DNA from: a virus
DNA: 64,000 nucleotides
Direction: 5' to 3' (one strand)
Virus record (IMG/VR): IMGVR_UViG_3300045988_138147
The position numbers were made by a program, and so were the translations under genes. The notes beneath the pieces are model-generated. The model saw nothing but the letters and a program-made list of their open reading frames with translations. It was not told the DNA's origin and did no database searches. Positions within the stretch are counted from its first letter, which is position 1, and the number at the start of each line of letters is the position of its first letter. Positions 32,901-42,716 of the stretch are shown here, one piece after another.

Positions 32901-33936
32901 TATTCCCTTCTCCTGTTCCGAGTTCGTCACTATCGTTATCATCAAAAGCAATATCCGCAATCTCACCAAATAACTGTCCCGAAGCGTTTGTTACATTTTC
33001 TATGGTAGGCTTTATATCGCTAAAATCTACCTTTATCTCTTTTACTTTCTTAGAAGAATATGTATTTTTGAAAAAATAGTAATCATTTGTACCGGGTATT
33101 TTATACGTATCGTTAAGTGCATTGTAGAATCTTTCCGCTCCATTTGTTTGTCTATAAATGGAAGGCATAAGGTTTTGCGTGCGTTCTATAGTACCTTTTT
33201 CATCATCATTCGGATAGTAGAAAGGTATGTTGTCAGAGCTACCAACACCAGTAACGCGATTGACGGTCTTATAATTGGCGTTTGTCTTTTTTATTGATAC
33301 AAGCCCTTTCTTGTACTCGAAAGGAGTAGAAATTACATTCTCTGTATATCCTATGTGACAAACCTTACCTACAAAGTAATAAGGAAGTTCGTATATGGTA
33401 TATATGGACTGTAACGCTTCTGCAAGGTATACGCTGTCAAGAGAAACAAGTTTGCTTTCAGAAGTAATATCTTCATCAATCACTATCGAATATCCGATAC
33501 CCGATTTTGCCATTGAAGCGTTAAGGCGACCAACAAACTCGTTTATATCCCCCATGAACTTGACGGAAGTGGAATTGGAGTGATATGTGTCTTCCCCGGC
33601 TGTCACCACGTCCATGAAATATACGTTTTCCAGCACGATACGTTCTGAAACGAATTGAAGCTCATGCTTGTACATGATACTCTTGTTGTCCTTTGAGGAT
33701 GTAGGCACTTGGTCAATATAATATTTTTCCCCCCTAAACTCAACAAACTCTTCTCCTGTCCATAGTTCGTCTAAGCATGAAGGATAGTTCAGTGTAGCGG
33801 TCAGTGTGGGAGTTCCTGCCATACGTTGTGCCGTATAGGTGTACTCACCTAATTTTGCAGGCATATCAGCATTCGGAAATTTTACTTTACTTCCTTGCGT
33901 ATCAAGTTTTAATATGTACAGACTTTCCTTTTCCAT
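29917..33936 (-). CDS. large tail/baseplate structural protein (Tal-like, 1339 aa)
   Basis: Size and position. The N-terminal region resembles phage minor-structural / tail-tip N-domains (weak, from memory). Confidence 0.6.
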   Translation of the reverse strand: MEKESLYILKLDTQGSKVKFPNADMPAKLGEYTYTAQRMAGTPTLTATLNYPSCLDELWTGEEFVEFRGEKYYIDQVPTSSKDNKSIMYKHELQFVSERIVLENVYFMDVVTAGEDTYHSNSTSVKFMGDINEFVGRLNASMAKSGIGYSIVIDEDITSESKLVSLDSVYLAEALQSIYTIYELPYYFVGKVCHIGYTENVISTPFEYKKGLVSIKKTNANYKTVNRVTGVGSSDNIPFYYPNDDEKGTIERTQNLMPSIYRQTNGAERFYNALNDTYKIPGTNDYYFFKNTYSSKKVKEIKVDFSDIKPTIENVTNASGQLFGEIADIAFDDNDSDELGTGEGNNIFNGTDEYVHSYFYIKLHIYNGDYGFNLFEQGLEGGTAVINMTTGNCAACEFEIGVTYKDNEPGRAFNPVLVDSSGNLPAGDFEQKVTSQTSQYIESQQNTSTNEVWIAVKKDNTTFGVVMPNATNNYKPSVGDKFVITGIKMPKSLVLAAEKRLDEALIKYMSENNDEKFSFSVSFSRVFLAENSMLAGLLNENSRIYIKYNDKEYFMYVNSFTCKADKNCLYDISVELTDKLSANVSALRSTITEIAGDIIGERMGVSLNVSDILGRISRYFISKINNDTANELITFLKGLLIGKNGSGITVLENGMSQAVVDYLYVKVKAVFDELEVKKKTYVGGEQVISHAGMKCNRVDELDDVYRCYFKEEEDGIEIENQFTPGSLAIAQECNIKTGVSHHVGNRYYWRLVTAVGENYIDLSKTVCDPNVENDVPVAGDDIVGLGHKTDITRQAAIILSSVNEVSPSIIMYQGINDFTLTGKDVISFDFDKSTGKARMKVYGDTYIGDKDRTTYMEYTQDKGVDIKGMFHIEQGSTGWRNMEGLPDEIQAAADLAQEAKDAIDNAAVGSVNLLRNSGFTGDYETEDLSAATELSADTELFSKQLEYWTGVATVSADSDAGSGYSAAIGSLSQSVSLIKGESYVISYKAKGTSVSVSCGDFSTTQPLTSSYQRYTHKITFNGSGIFLISGTATVCDLQLERGTIATDWKPSILDNDKATAGFQSINYIASAIKDGSVDILGGLILANMIQLGNYKDGKMQKVTAGVSGIYNDDDDVAFWAGGTLQQAILTVMKFRNDPDYQPTDTEWANMANFVATHGGDTFLRGYIYALGGKFRGVVEALGGFFRGKVETSVDGKRIVIDPDKNTLEMYTTEGHATLILRFDTSSDGWEYGDLILRKYVGDQLIQETTVYPERIRIQNYVENTDIILNPNNVSFYGSNGEMLLVGMKPIYNGVNVYKHVANIDCSNWPGKDDVSSGQVYVEYETVEGVVTNGTLKVKK

Positions 33937-35460
33937 TTATTCTTTTACCACATCAATTTGTTCCGTAACTCCTTTGTCCTTTTTTTGCTGTTTCTCCAAC
34001 AGCTTTTGAGCCTCTTCCTTCTCCTTTGCTATACGTTGTTCTTCATCGGGAACGGATTCGGTGTTTTTCTCAATGGCTGTTTTTGTGGAAAGAATGCCGG
34101 CTTGCTTCATTGAGATAAGTATGTTATTATACTCCGTTGCGCTGAACGGTTGCCATATTTTGAACTTACAGCTAACACGAAGTTTTTTAAACTCGGTGAC
34201 GGCATTAAGATTTTCACCTTTGTTTACAAGCTCTTTGGCAAGCCCTTCCTTGAACAGACGCATCATCTTGTCGGCGAAATTCTGCCACTCGATAACACCC
34301 TGTTGGGCGTTCTTCAAGTCCAAGTCACGGGTAAGCGTGATAGCCAGTGCGCTTATGTCACCGCTCGACTTGACATCCTTCGGTAAAAGGAAAGTGCAGG
34401 AAGTGTTTATCTGTATCTTCTCGAACAGGTCTTGCAGACTGTCAAGCATTCCTTGCGGACTGGGGGGTGCTTTAAACTCTGCACTTCCGTTCCCGTCCAT
34501 TGACTTGTCCTGCAAAATGATACTTCCGGCAAGTTTCTTGGTTGTCTCGGATATATTTCCTTTGATATACAGTATTCCCCAGCCATGCCTTTTCTGAATG
34601 ACAAAGAAGATGTTATAGATAATCTCGTAAATCTCAATAAGGCTTTGACCGTTGTTCCACGCCACATCACCACGTTTGGTGCACAATGGTATCTCGCTGA
34701 AACCGTGCTCAATCGGAGTTTCCCTTACAAAACCGTCCTCTGCGGCTTCTTCACCGTCTCTTGGCGTGTGCATACGGTACATGTAGGTATCATCGTAGCT
34801 GTCAATATATTCCACACCGTTTTCATCGGCATAGTAGACGCTTTCAAGAAGCCTGTCGCCGTTGTTGTCATTGTGCGATATGATAACGTAACCATCCTCA
34901 TAGCTTATCAGACGGCATTTGATACGTCCCTTATAGTCATAATAGAACAGAAGTCCGGCATCGCCTGTGGCAAGCTGCGAACGGACTGCCTTTGTACGCC
35001 ATCCATCCATATTCCTGTCTACCCAATACTCCTTGATTGTGGAATAGTTGGCTTTATCTTTCTCGGAAGGAGTGCCACCTCTCAAAGACAATGTACAGGG
35101 ATTTCCGCAAAGGTAGATTACGTGGCTCGCCAGTATCTGTTCTTGGAAAGCTAATGCCGTGCGCTGGAACTTGATTTCCTGATATCCCCCATCTTCTAAC
35201 TTGACGCAAATGCTCGGCAAGTTTTGATCAAATAATACCTCATGGCTCATCGGGTCAAGCTCTTTCAGAAACTTTTCCTGCGAAACGATATTCTTTTTTA
35301 CATTCGGAAGCCTTGCCGTGCGTGTTTCGGTAATGGTTGCGGACTGACTGTCGGAATAGTCGTTTGTAGAGCAAGTGTCACTTCCTCTGAAAAACGGTTT
35401 CTTCTGCAACAAGGCATTTACGTTCCGCAATAGATATGTTTTTTTCTCTTCCCGTGTCAT
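33937..35460 (-). CDS. portal protein
   Basis: 507 aa, two genes downstream of terL. Acidic coiled C-terminus. The assignment is mainly positional. Confidence 0.65.
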   Translation of the reverse strand: MTREEKKTYLLRNVNALLQKKPFFRGSDTCSTNDYSDSQSATITETRTARLPNVKKNIVSQEKFLKELDPMSHEVLFDQNLPSICVKLEDGGYQEIKFQRTALAFQEQILASHVIYLCGNPCTLSLRGGTPSEKDKANYSTIKEYWVDRNMDGWRTKAVRSQLATGDAGLLFYYDYKGRIKCRLISYEDGYVIISHNDNNGDRLLESVYYADENGVEYIDSYDDTYMYRMHTPRDGEEAAEDGFVRETPIEHGFSEIPLCTKRGDVAWNNGQSLIEIYEIIYNIFFVIQKRHGWGILYIKGNISETTKKLAGSIILQDKSMDGNGSAEFKAPPSPQGMLDSLQDLFEKIQINTSCTFLLPKDVKSSGDISALAITLTRDLDLKNAQQGVIEWQNFADKMMRLFKEGLAKELVNKGENLNAVTEFKKLRVSCKFKIWQPFSATEYNNILISMKQAGILSTKTAIEKNTESVPDEEQRIAKEKEEAQKLLEKQQKKDKGVTEQIDVVKE

Positions 35461-35981
35461 TTTTCCGCATCAATTAGGTTGTAATACTTCATACAGGCTT
35501 CCTTGCTCGGCATTGCAGAACACTCTCTCGAAGTCCATTTGCAGATAATGTCGTGCTTCTGCGGAACAACGATTATTCGCTTCTGCCCCTCTTCCTCTTC
35601 AATATTGAATTTATCGTTCAGCTTCACGCGTGCATCCAACACGACCTTACTTGCTTTGATAAAAGTGTCTGAATCTCCACTTGTTTTCGCATCGTCAGCA
35701 ATCTGTTTCATCTCCGATATTTCTTTCAGCAATGCTTCTCGGTTCTCATCTTTAGATATGGTAGTGATAGCACCGATGCCGAAAGGTTTCAGTTTCTCGG
35801 CAAGCATGGATAACACCTTGTTTGAAGGCTTTTCATCTTCTTGGTAAGCAACCTTTGCAGCAAGAGCCTTATCTACGAAAGAATCACACATTACCAAATA
35901 GGCAACATCTCTTACCCTTGCTTCAATTCCTTCTGTTTTAAGGGAATTGAGAATATCCTTTATGTCGTTATAGCTTATCAT
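35457..35981 (-). CDS. hypothetical packaging-module protein (174 aa)
   Basis: ORF track. Lies between terL and the portal gene, overlapping both by a few nt. Confidence 0.6.
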   Translation of the reverse strand: MISYNDIKDILNSLKTEGIEARVRDVAYLVMCDSFVDKALAAKVAYQEDEKPSNKVLSMLAEKLKPFGIGAITTISKDENREALLKEISEMKQIADDAKTSGDSDTFIKASKVVLDARVKLNDKFNIEEEEGQKRIIVVPQKHDIICKWTSRECSAMPSKEACMKYYNLIDAEK

Positions 35982-35984
35982 GTC

Positions 35985-37616
35985 CTAATACCATAAATGT
36001 TCATCGTAAATACTTCCTTCTGTCTGTGCATGGAACGCTTGTTTGGTTTCTTCTTCGTGATTGTAATACCCTGCTTGAATCTCATTCCCGTATTCAATGT
36101 TAGCGCACGGAAGCATTCTCATAGCGCATGGGTCTAACAAGTCCATCGATCTGCCTTTCCCCAACATCTGATTCATTTTCTTCTTGTTCCAAAGCCGTTT
36201 CTTTCCGCTCTGCATATCATCAAACCGTACAACAGAGCATTCTTCCATAAACTCGTTCTCAACCGTCACTTTGTATTTCAGGTTCTGGTGAGTGTATGTC
36301 TGTACGGCAAGTTTATCGTCAAAGGTTAGATTACCTTCCTCGATCATCTTGCATAATCTGATATAGCACATATCCTTTACTGTCATTGCGGTAAGTTGGT
36401 AAAGCCCGAAAGCTTTATTTAGTGAGATATAAGGTACTGCATCGGGAATGTAATCATTAAAATACCGTCCGGCAGTCGCGTCAAAAATGATATGGCTTTC
36501 AGCTGTTCCATGCTCAAATGCAAATGTCTTCACTGCCATAGCGTTTTCTCTCGGAGTGGACTTGCTAAGAATGAGAATGTCGTATGCGTGAAATCCATCC
36601 CATGCAAGTGCAACAAGGTTGTCTGTACCATAATCCGCCAAATCCACGGTAATCCATTTGTCACCGTTCACGGCTGGGTTGTTGTTGAATACGCCTTGCG
36701 CGGAAGTGGATGGAATAGGTATCTTTTCGTTTTCTTCGGGGTCAACGTTGAAGTTTCCCTCAATGATAGCTTGTGCCATTTTACCGCCCGAAGCGGCAAC
36801 AGAGCCTATGTAATTAGGATTATTTTCAAGCATAGCCCTATTTTCAGATAGCTTACCTTGATAGAATACGAATGACTTAATCATATTCGTATAGTCAAAA
36901 TCACCTCCAATACGGGCAAGTTTTCTATCAATATCTATCTTACACTTAGCATAAACTTCTTCTTTGGAATCACCCCAAACCACATCATCAACAGTAGAAC
37001 CGTTAACATAGAAGTATCTCACTTTCCCGTTTCTATCCGACATAATAGAACCGTCAACCCCAATGTACCAATCCAAGAACTTTCTCGTCCAATGGCTACG
37101 TTTCGGGTTAAGGGTACCAAAGAACTTTCCCGTAAACGTCTTTGAACGTCCACGGTTACGGGTCTGCACATAGCTGAATGCTTCCCAAGACATTTCGGTA
37201 ATCTCATCAATACATATCGCATCAATCTGTTTACCTTTCCATTGCTCACGCATTTTGTCAAGATTAGTATCATCTATATAGGTCAAGTCGCAATACGCAC
37301 CACTTGGGAATGATACGCGAGGACTATCGGCAGTCTTTACAGAACAATAGTCACCGAATATAGCCTTGAATGTATCTACGAATGAACCTCCCGTCTTTTG
37401 CGACTGCAAAGACCTACGTGTAATAACCGCACGGAAATCCCCATCTGTCATTAATGGCTCTGCAAGAGCGAGAACAAGAGCAAAAGATTTTCCACCGCCA
37501 AGATTCCCACCACCAAACACTACGTCCACACATGATGACACAAACTGCATTTGGAATCCTTCTTGCGGCTTGATTACGACTTCTCTATGTACTTCTTGTT
37601 CTTTCATCAAAAGCAA
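35985..37616 (-). CDS. terL: terminase large subunit
   Basis: Walker A VVFGGGNLGGGKSFAL, Walker B QIDAICIDEITEM, plus a C-terminal nuclease-size domain. Confidence 0.85.
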   Translation of the reverse strand: MLLMKEQEVHREVVIKPQEGFQMQFVSSCVDVVFGGGNLGGGKSFALVLALAEPLMTDGDFRAVITRRSLQSQKTGGSFVDTFKAIFGDYCSVKTADSPRVSFPSGAYCDLTYIDDTNLDKMREQWKGKQIDAICIDEITEMSWEAFSYVQTRNRGRSKTFTGKFFGTLNPKRSHWTRKFLDWYIGVDGSIMSDRNGKVRYFYVNGSTVDDVVWGDSKEEVYAKCKIDIDRKLARIGGDFDYTNMIKSFVFYQGKLSENRAMLENNPNYIGSVAASGGKMAQAIIEGNFNVDPEENEKIPIPSTSAQGVFNNNPAVNGDKWITVDLADYGTDNLVALAWDGFHAYDILILSKSTPRENAMAVKTFAFEHGTAESHIIFDATAGRYFNDYIPDAVPYISLNKAFGLYQLTAMTVKDMCYIRLCKMIEEGNLTFDDKLAVQTYTHQNLKYKVTVENEFMEECSVVRFDDMQSGKKRLWNKKKMNQMLGKGRSMDLLDPCAMRMLPCANIEYGNEIQAGYYNHEEETKQAFHAQTEGSIYDEHLWY

Positions 37617-37664
37617 AAATACCTCTTAATAATAAGGTAATATATACTTAAACCAATGTCTATT

Positions 37665-37681
37665 TATCATAGTGATAAATA
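37665..37681. promoter_or_regulatory. 17-mer TATCATAGTGATAAATA containing the palindrome TATCA-tag-TGATA (copy 1)
   Basis: Identical 17-mer at 63391..63407. Both lie about 80-90 nt upstream of the first gene of a plus-strand structural operon. Confidence 0.6.
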
Positions 37682-37756
37682 CAGTGATTTTTTTATAGTT
37701 ATACCTTTTTATTAAAGCATTACTTTCGCATATAATCATTATAAAACATATAGTGT

Positions 37757-38413
37757 ATGAAGTTTACGAAAGAGCAATTTTCAGAAGCACTGAAAGTGAA
37801 ACTCACCAACAACGGCAAGAAAAACTTAGCTATGAGTGAGAGAAGTTTCAACGGCAAAGTAGAAAGAATCTACAAGCGGTTGGAGAAAGCGAGTGATAAG
37901 GACGAGTTGGAACTGGATGATGTTGTTGCCGACTACTTGGATGACTTACAAGAGGACGATAACAACATACGAAATGACAACTCAAAATTTATAAAAGAGT
38001 GGGAAAAGAATCATCCGAACAAGGACGATAGAAGTGATAACAAGGATGACAAAGGAGACGAAAGCAAACTGGATAAGTTGCTCAAAGAACTCCAAGATTT
38101 GAAATCAGAGCGTGAGGAAGAGAAAAAGGTAAAAGCTATCTCAGACAAACGCAATCAACTCAAATTAGCCTTAAAAGGGAAAGAAGTCAAGAACGAGGAT
38201 TGGATTAACGACCAACTCGAATTGATTCACATTGATTCTGAAACAGATGTTGATGCTCTCACAGAAAGACTGCTCAAGAGCTACAATAAGTTTAATGCTA
38301 ACACTCCACCTGACATCACTCCAGGAGGCACGGGAAGCGGTAAGGAAAAGACCGATGACTTTGCCGATGTGGTTGCTGTCGTAAAGAAGCAATCGCACAG
38401 AGAAGAAAAGTAA
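37757..38413 (+). CDS. scaffolding-like acidic coiled-coil protein
   Basis: 218 aa, D/E/K-rich, first gene before the capsid genes. Confidence 0.55.
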   Translation: MKFTKEQFSEALKVKLTNNGKKNLAMSERSFNGKVERIYKRLEKASDKDELELDDVVADYLDDLQEDDNNIRNDNSKFIKEWEKNHPNKDDRSDNKDDKGDESKLDKLLKELQDLKSEREEEKKVKAISDKRNQLKLALKGKEVKNEDWINDQLELIHIDSETDVDALTERLLKSYNKFNANTPPDITPGGTGSGKEKTDDFADVVAVVKKQSHREEK

Positions 38414-38436
38414 TAATAATTTAAACCAAAAAGAAA

Positions 38437-39189
38437 ATGTCAGATTTTTATCAGCAAATTCTATTGAACAGTGGCTACCTTCCCGGTAGAGCATTGGTTC
38501 AGGCTCGCGGAAGCATTGGTGGACACCGCTATGTATTCGTGAAGTTACAGATGAGCGGAAAGGACGCACTTGTATTTCCTACCAGTGGTGGAATTGTTAA
38601 AAACCCATTCAAAGGTAATGCAAGAGCTTTTGCCGGAACGCTCGCTGAATATATTCCCAGTAATGGTTCTAATGGAAGCGAAATACGTATCCTAAAATCG
38701 TATGCGGTTGCAAAAGCTACAACTGAATCTACAGACACAGATATTTACCTGAAAAGAGACGGATATTCTCTTATCCCATTCGTAGGAGATATCCTCATGG
38801 TAGCACCTTCTACATTGACAGGAAAAGGCACAGCGGTAACAATTACAGCCGTTGAAAAAGCGACTGACGGAACGGCTGGCGATGTTTGGAAAGTTACATT
38901 GAGCGCAACCCTCGGATCATTAACAACTTCATCTGTCCTTGTTGAAGCGAAAGAAACAGGCTCTGGTAAAGAAGCGATGGTTACTAATCCTAACTCATAC
39001 CTTCCCTGCGACTTTGATTTTGTTTTTGACCCAGCTACATCCGAAGATGATTTCGATGGTGCAAGATACCTTATCACTCCTGCATTGGCATTAGGAGATG
39101 TATTCCTCTACGAAGACCGTATGCAACCTCTTTCGGCTGCATTAAAAGCTTTGAACAAGAGCAAGGTTAAGGGTTGGTTTAACATTTAA
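38437..39189 (+). CDS. head protein (decoration/scaffold-like), hypothetical
   Basis: Position immediately upstream of the major capsid gene. Confidence 0.5.
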   Translation: MSDFYQQILLNSGYLPGRALVQARGSIGGHRYVFVKLQMSGKDALVFPTSGGIVKNPFKGNARAFAGTLAEYIPSNGSNGSEIRILKSYAVAKATTESTDTDIYLKRDGYSLIPFVGDILMVAPSTLTGKGTAVTITAVEKATDGTAGDVWKVTLSATLGSLTTSSVLVEAKETGSGKEAMVTNPNSYLPCDFDFVFDPATSEDDFDGARYLITPALALGDVFLYEDRMQPLSAALKALNKSKVKGWFNI

Positions 39190-39202
39190 AATTGACGAGA
39201 CT

Positions 39203-40381
39203 ATGCCTAAATTTGATTTTAATAACAGCAGATATGCAAGATTTTTTTCTGACAAGACCAATCAACGTTTCTTGCAATCCTTTGTCAATACAGAAGGTCT
39301 GCTATACACTAATTATGGTTGGTACAAGACTCAAGGTGTAAAAGCTGGTGCTCCCACACCTACCGCCCCTAATGGCATCGCTACTTTTTCTGTGAAAGGA
39401 CGTGACTTGAAAGCCGCTCCTTTGATGGATTTGCGTGCACCTCTTGGTGACAGTAATCAAATGGATAAGGACGGTCTGTACTGGTACACCGCATCCATTC
39501 CTGATTTTATCGCTCCCGGTTTCGTTGAAACAGCTATGGAACGTGAAGCAAAAGAACAACAGTTTGAGTTGTTTGGAAACGATGCCGATTTGGTAGCCGC
39601 TTGGGTACATACATTACAGTCCCAGCTTGATAGTGCGGACACAACCATGAACTTCATGACTGCACAGTTAATGTCTAAAGGTAATATCGACTACCGCAAT
39701 ATCGCACGTGGTATTCAAATTCCGTTGCACAAAGCAGACATTCCGGATGAAAATTTCACTAAAGCAGGAACTAAGGTGTGGACTGACGCTGAATGCAAGA
39801 TTCTGAGCCAAATGGCGGAAAAGGAGAAAAAATATCGTGAAAGATGGGGATATGAAGGTGCAATGGAATGGCAGGTTACACGCAAGATGTTTTACGAAGT
39901 AATGTTGCAAAATGCCGAAGTTAAGGAATTGATTGAAAGTTTCAAGAAAAATCCTTTAGCTTACATCGCAACAACCGCTACTGCGCCTACTACACGTGAG
40001 TTGTTCTTAGCAGCTTTCCGTGATTATCCCAGTGTATCTCCAATTGAAATTGTAGAAGAGCGTGAGCGTAATCTTACCAATACTGGAGACACATTCGTGC
40101 AAGGTTGGGATGATAAGATTGCAGTTCTCCGTCCTGCCGGATATGCTTGTGAGTTTGAATACACCAATAACTTAGACAAACAGATGTTTGACAAGTATGG
40201 TTCAAGCGTAATAACTAAAATTTTTGCTCAGGCTAATGATGGTCTCTGCACGATTGTGAATACAACGACAAACAACGGGCTGTATAAGGAATGGCATACG
40301 GATGTGATGATGTCGGCTTGTCCTGCACTGAAAACATTCCGCAATCACGTCATTGTAGACACAAGTCAGGCAGACGATTAA
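39203..40381 (+). CDS. major capsid protein (lambda gpE-like by position and size)
   Basis: 392 aa. Gene order scaffold-decoration-capsid. Confidence 0.7.
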   Translation: MPKFDFNNSRYARFFSDKTNQRFLQSFVNTEGLLYTNYGWYKTQGVKAGAPTPTAPNGIATFSVKGRDLKAAPLMDLRAPLGDSNQMDKDGLYWYTASIPDFIAPGFVETAMEREAKEQQFELFGNDADLVAAWVHTLQSQLDSADTTMNFMTAQLMSKGNIDYRNIARGIQIPLHKADIPDENFTKAGTKVWTDAECKILSQMAEKEKKYRERWGYEGAMEWQVTRKMFYEVMLQNAEVKELIESFKKNPLAYIATTATAPTTRELFLAAFRDYPSVSPIEIVEERERNLTNTGDTFVQGWDDKIAVLRPAGYACEFEYTNNLDKQMFDKYGSSVITKIFAQANDGLCTIVNTTTNNGLYKEWHTDVMMSACPALKTFRNHVIVDTSQADD

Positions 40382-40409
40382 TGTACAACACATTGCAACA
40401 GTAGCAGTT

Positions 40410-40793
40410 ATGGAAAAATCATTTGACCCGATAGCATACCTCAATGGGCTTACGAGATTTGTCTTTGAAGATGATGCGCTTGAAAATATCGCATACGAAA
40501 ACGGTTTGATGTTTATTTCAGACCGTTCCGAAATAGACGAATGCACTAAAGACCATTGCCTTATCGCACTATATGAGCTTGTCATTAACGGTCCGTGGTC
40601 TGTGGCTTCATCATCACTCCAGCATGGCAGTTATAGACAGGACGTAGGCAGTGAAACGGTAACGGCTCCCATAATCCAAAACTTGAAAGACCGTCTGAAA
40701 GCACTGTACAAAAAGTATGGTGAAGAAGAAGCGTTGGGAAGCATGGATTCGGGTAGTATGAGTTGGGTCAATGAAAATTCATTAGATGTATAG
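40410..40793 (+). CDS. head-tail connector/neck protein (positional)
   Basis: ORF track. Order between the capsid and tail genes. Confidence 0.5.
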   Translation: MEKSFDPIAYLNGLTRFVFEDDALENIAYENGLMFISDRSEIDECTKDHCLIALYELVINGPWSVASSSLQHGSYRQDVGSETVTAPIIQNLKDRLKALYKKYGEEEALGSMDSGSMSWVNENSLDV

Positions 40794-40796
40794 CTT

Positions 40797-41249
40797 ATGC
40801 GTCTCAAAAGAAAAGCAATAGCAGAATATCCGTTTCATGGTATATTCTACACCGTGATAACGAAAAAGCCGGAGGACGGAGACCTTCTCGGTAACGGAGG
40901 ATTGCTTGACGGTGATTTGCTAGGCGGTGAAGATACGGATGGTTCTCTCAATGCGAAAATAACTGAGAAAAACGAAGGGAATACGGAAACTTTGGAAGAA
41001 ACCATCCTTCTTGAAACCGAATGCGATATACAGCAAGCCTCCAAGATGTTCAATGGCGGCACTATCATGGCAGACTATAACGTGTTTTTCCCATTAAAAA
41101 AAAGCAGCATTTCACCTGTAAAAATTGGAGATATGTTTAGATGTCCAAAGGAAAGTTACGGAATAGGCATTAACGGTCGTGTTATAGGAATGGAAATTAG
41201 CCAGCTTGGTGGCGTGAAAGTTAACATCAAAATGAGTGAAGTAGGTTAA
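40797..41249 (+). CDS. neck/head-closure protein (positional)
   Basis: ORF track. Confidence 0.5.
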   Translation: MRLKRKAIAEYPFHGIFYTVITKKPEDGDLLGNGGLLDGDLLGGEDTDGSLNAKITEKNEGNTETLEETILLETECDIQQASKMFNGGTIMADYNVFFPLKKSSISPVKIGDMFRCPKESYGIGINGRVIGMEISQLGGVKVNIKMSEVG

Positions 41250-41251
41250 GT

Positions 41252-41713
41252 ATGGCAAAGACCAAGCAAAGTGCAATCACCCGTATTGTTGATTTACTCG
41301 CAAACGAGGGACAGAAGATAGTGGCTAAGGAACTGGCTAAAGTTTCCTATACCTACCGAAGCCTCAATTTGAGAGATAGTTACGGTTGGGGAGTATATGT
41401 TGACGGAAAGCTTGCCAGAAAGGGATATACCGCCAGCTCTCCCGGAATAAAGAAAAAATGGTATGGTGAGGAAATTACCGGTTATGAAGCAGTGGTTGAA
41501 TACTTGGAATCCAAATATAAGCCACATCCGGGAATTGATTTGGTAGTTGTAGCCGCCATGCCTTACGGAGAAATACTACAAAATGCAGAAGGTAACGTGA
41601 AGAAGAAATATGAAGTGATAGCAGTGGCACGTAATGAAGTTAAGGCATTATCACGGAAATTCAAGAACGCGAAGTTCGGCATTATCAGTCACGGTAAACA
41701 AGACAATATATGA
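41252..41713 (+). CDS. neck/tail-completion protein (positional)
   Basis: ORF track. Confidence 0.5.
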   Translation: MAKTKQSAITRIVDLLANEGQKIVAKELAKVSYTYRSLNLRDSYGWGVYVDGKLARKGYTASSPGIKKKWYGEEITGYEAVVEYLESKYKPHPGIDLVVVAAMPYGEILQNAEGNVKKKYEVIAVARNEVKALSRKFKNAKFGIISHGKQDNI

Positions 41714-42108
41714 ATGATTTATATAAAACTGGCAGCATGATAGAGAATTTTCTATCCATGTTACTTACAAAAGCAAAGATTTCATCAATAATCTCTTTTG
41801 ATGAAACACCGCTGACAATAAGTAGTGACAGCACGGACATGATCGTTGTAGATGTTCTTAGCGTGAATGATTACGGAGGAGAGGCGAAATGTTCCGCCAA
41901 CATATTCCTCTATGCGAAGTCCACGGACAGTTTGGGATCAAAGCCAGTAAAAAAACTGTTCGACATGGAAAAAACACTATTCTCGGCAATTGACCAATCC
42001 AACGACAAGCATTTCGTCATAACAAGCTGTGAACTGATAGGGAAAGAAAGTAAAAATTCCGGAAACTTCTATTGCAATGTGTACAATATCGGGATAACAA
42101 TAAGATAA
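41710..42108 (+). CDS. tail-completion protein (positional)
   Basis: ORF track. 4-nt overlap with the upstream gene. Confidence 0.5.
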   Translation: MNDLYKTGSMIENFLSMLLTKAKISSIISFDETPLTISSDSTDMIVVDVLSVNDYGGEAKCSANIFLYAKSTDSLGSKPVKKLFDMEKTLFSAIDQSNDKHFVITSCELIGKESKNSGNFYCNVYNIGITIR

Positions 42109-42140
42109 ACAGATTATTAACAAGATAACACTTTTTAATT

Positions 42141-42716
42141 ATGGCAGTAAACAATACTGGCGCAACAGCCAAAAAATTTATCAAACCTTCTTACATCGTG
42201 GCAACTCTGTTCACTGGTACTGAAGAAGACGATGTGCCAAAGGGTGACTCTTACATTCTTGAAGATGTAGTTGAAGACACCACTTCAATCGCTCAAGACG
42301 ATAATGATGTAAACGACATCGAGTGTGAAACTTCCGACAGTCCTATTCTTTCCATCGTGAAACTCGGCAAATACCAATTTACAGCTGAGGTCGCAGATAC
42401 ACAAAAAGATCTGCTAATCGCTCTCATGGGATTTACGGCTGGAACTACTGTTTCTACCAAATACTTTGCTCCTGCTCAATACAAGAAATTGTATGCAAAG
42501 ATTGACGTAGTGTTTGAGGAAGGGGAAACGATGACAGCATTTGTGGTTCCAAAATTACAACTTAATTCCAAGCTAATGCTTGAATCATTAAACTCCAATA
42601 TTGGACGTATCAGTCTTGCAGGAACAGCGTATGATGCAAATGTCGCCGATGGAGCAAAGACTATCAGAACTCCGTTTTATGTGGATTCCGCTTATACCCT
42701 ACCATCGGCAGGATAA
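42141..42716 (+). CDS. major tail tube protein
   Basis: 191 aa. Pattern EDVVEDTTSIAQDDNDVNDIECETSDSPILSI resembles TP901-1/phi13-type major tail proteins. Lies two genes before the tape measure. Confidence 0.7.
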   Translation: MAVNNTGATAKKFIKPSYIVATLFTGTEEDDVPKGDSYILEDVVEDTTSIAQDDNDVNDIECETSDSPILSIVKLGKYQFTAEVADTQKDLLIALMGFTAGTTVSTKYFAPAQYKKLYAKIDVVFEEGETMTAFVVPKLQLNSKLMLESLNSNIGRISLAGTAYDANVADGAKTIRTPFYVDSAYTLPSAG

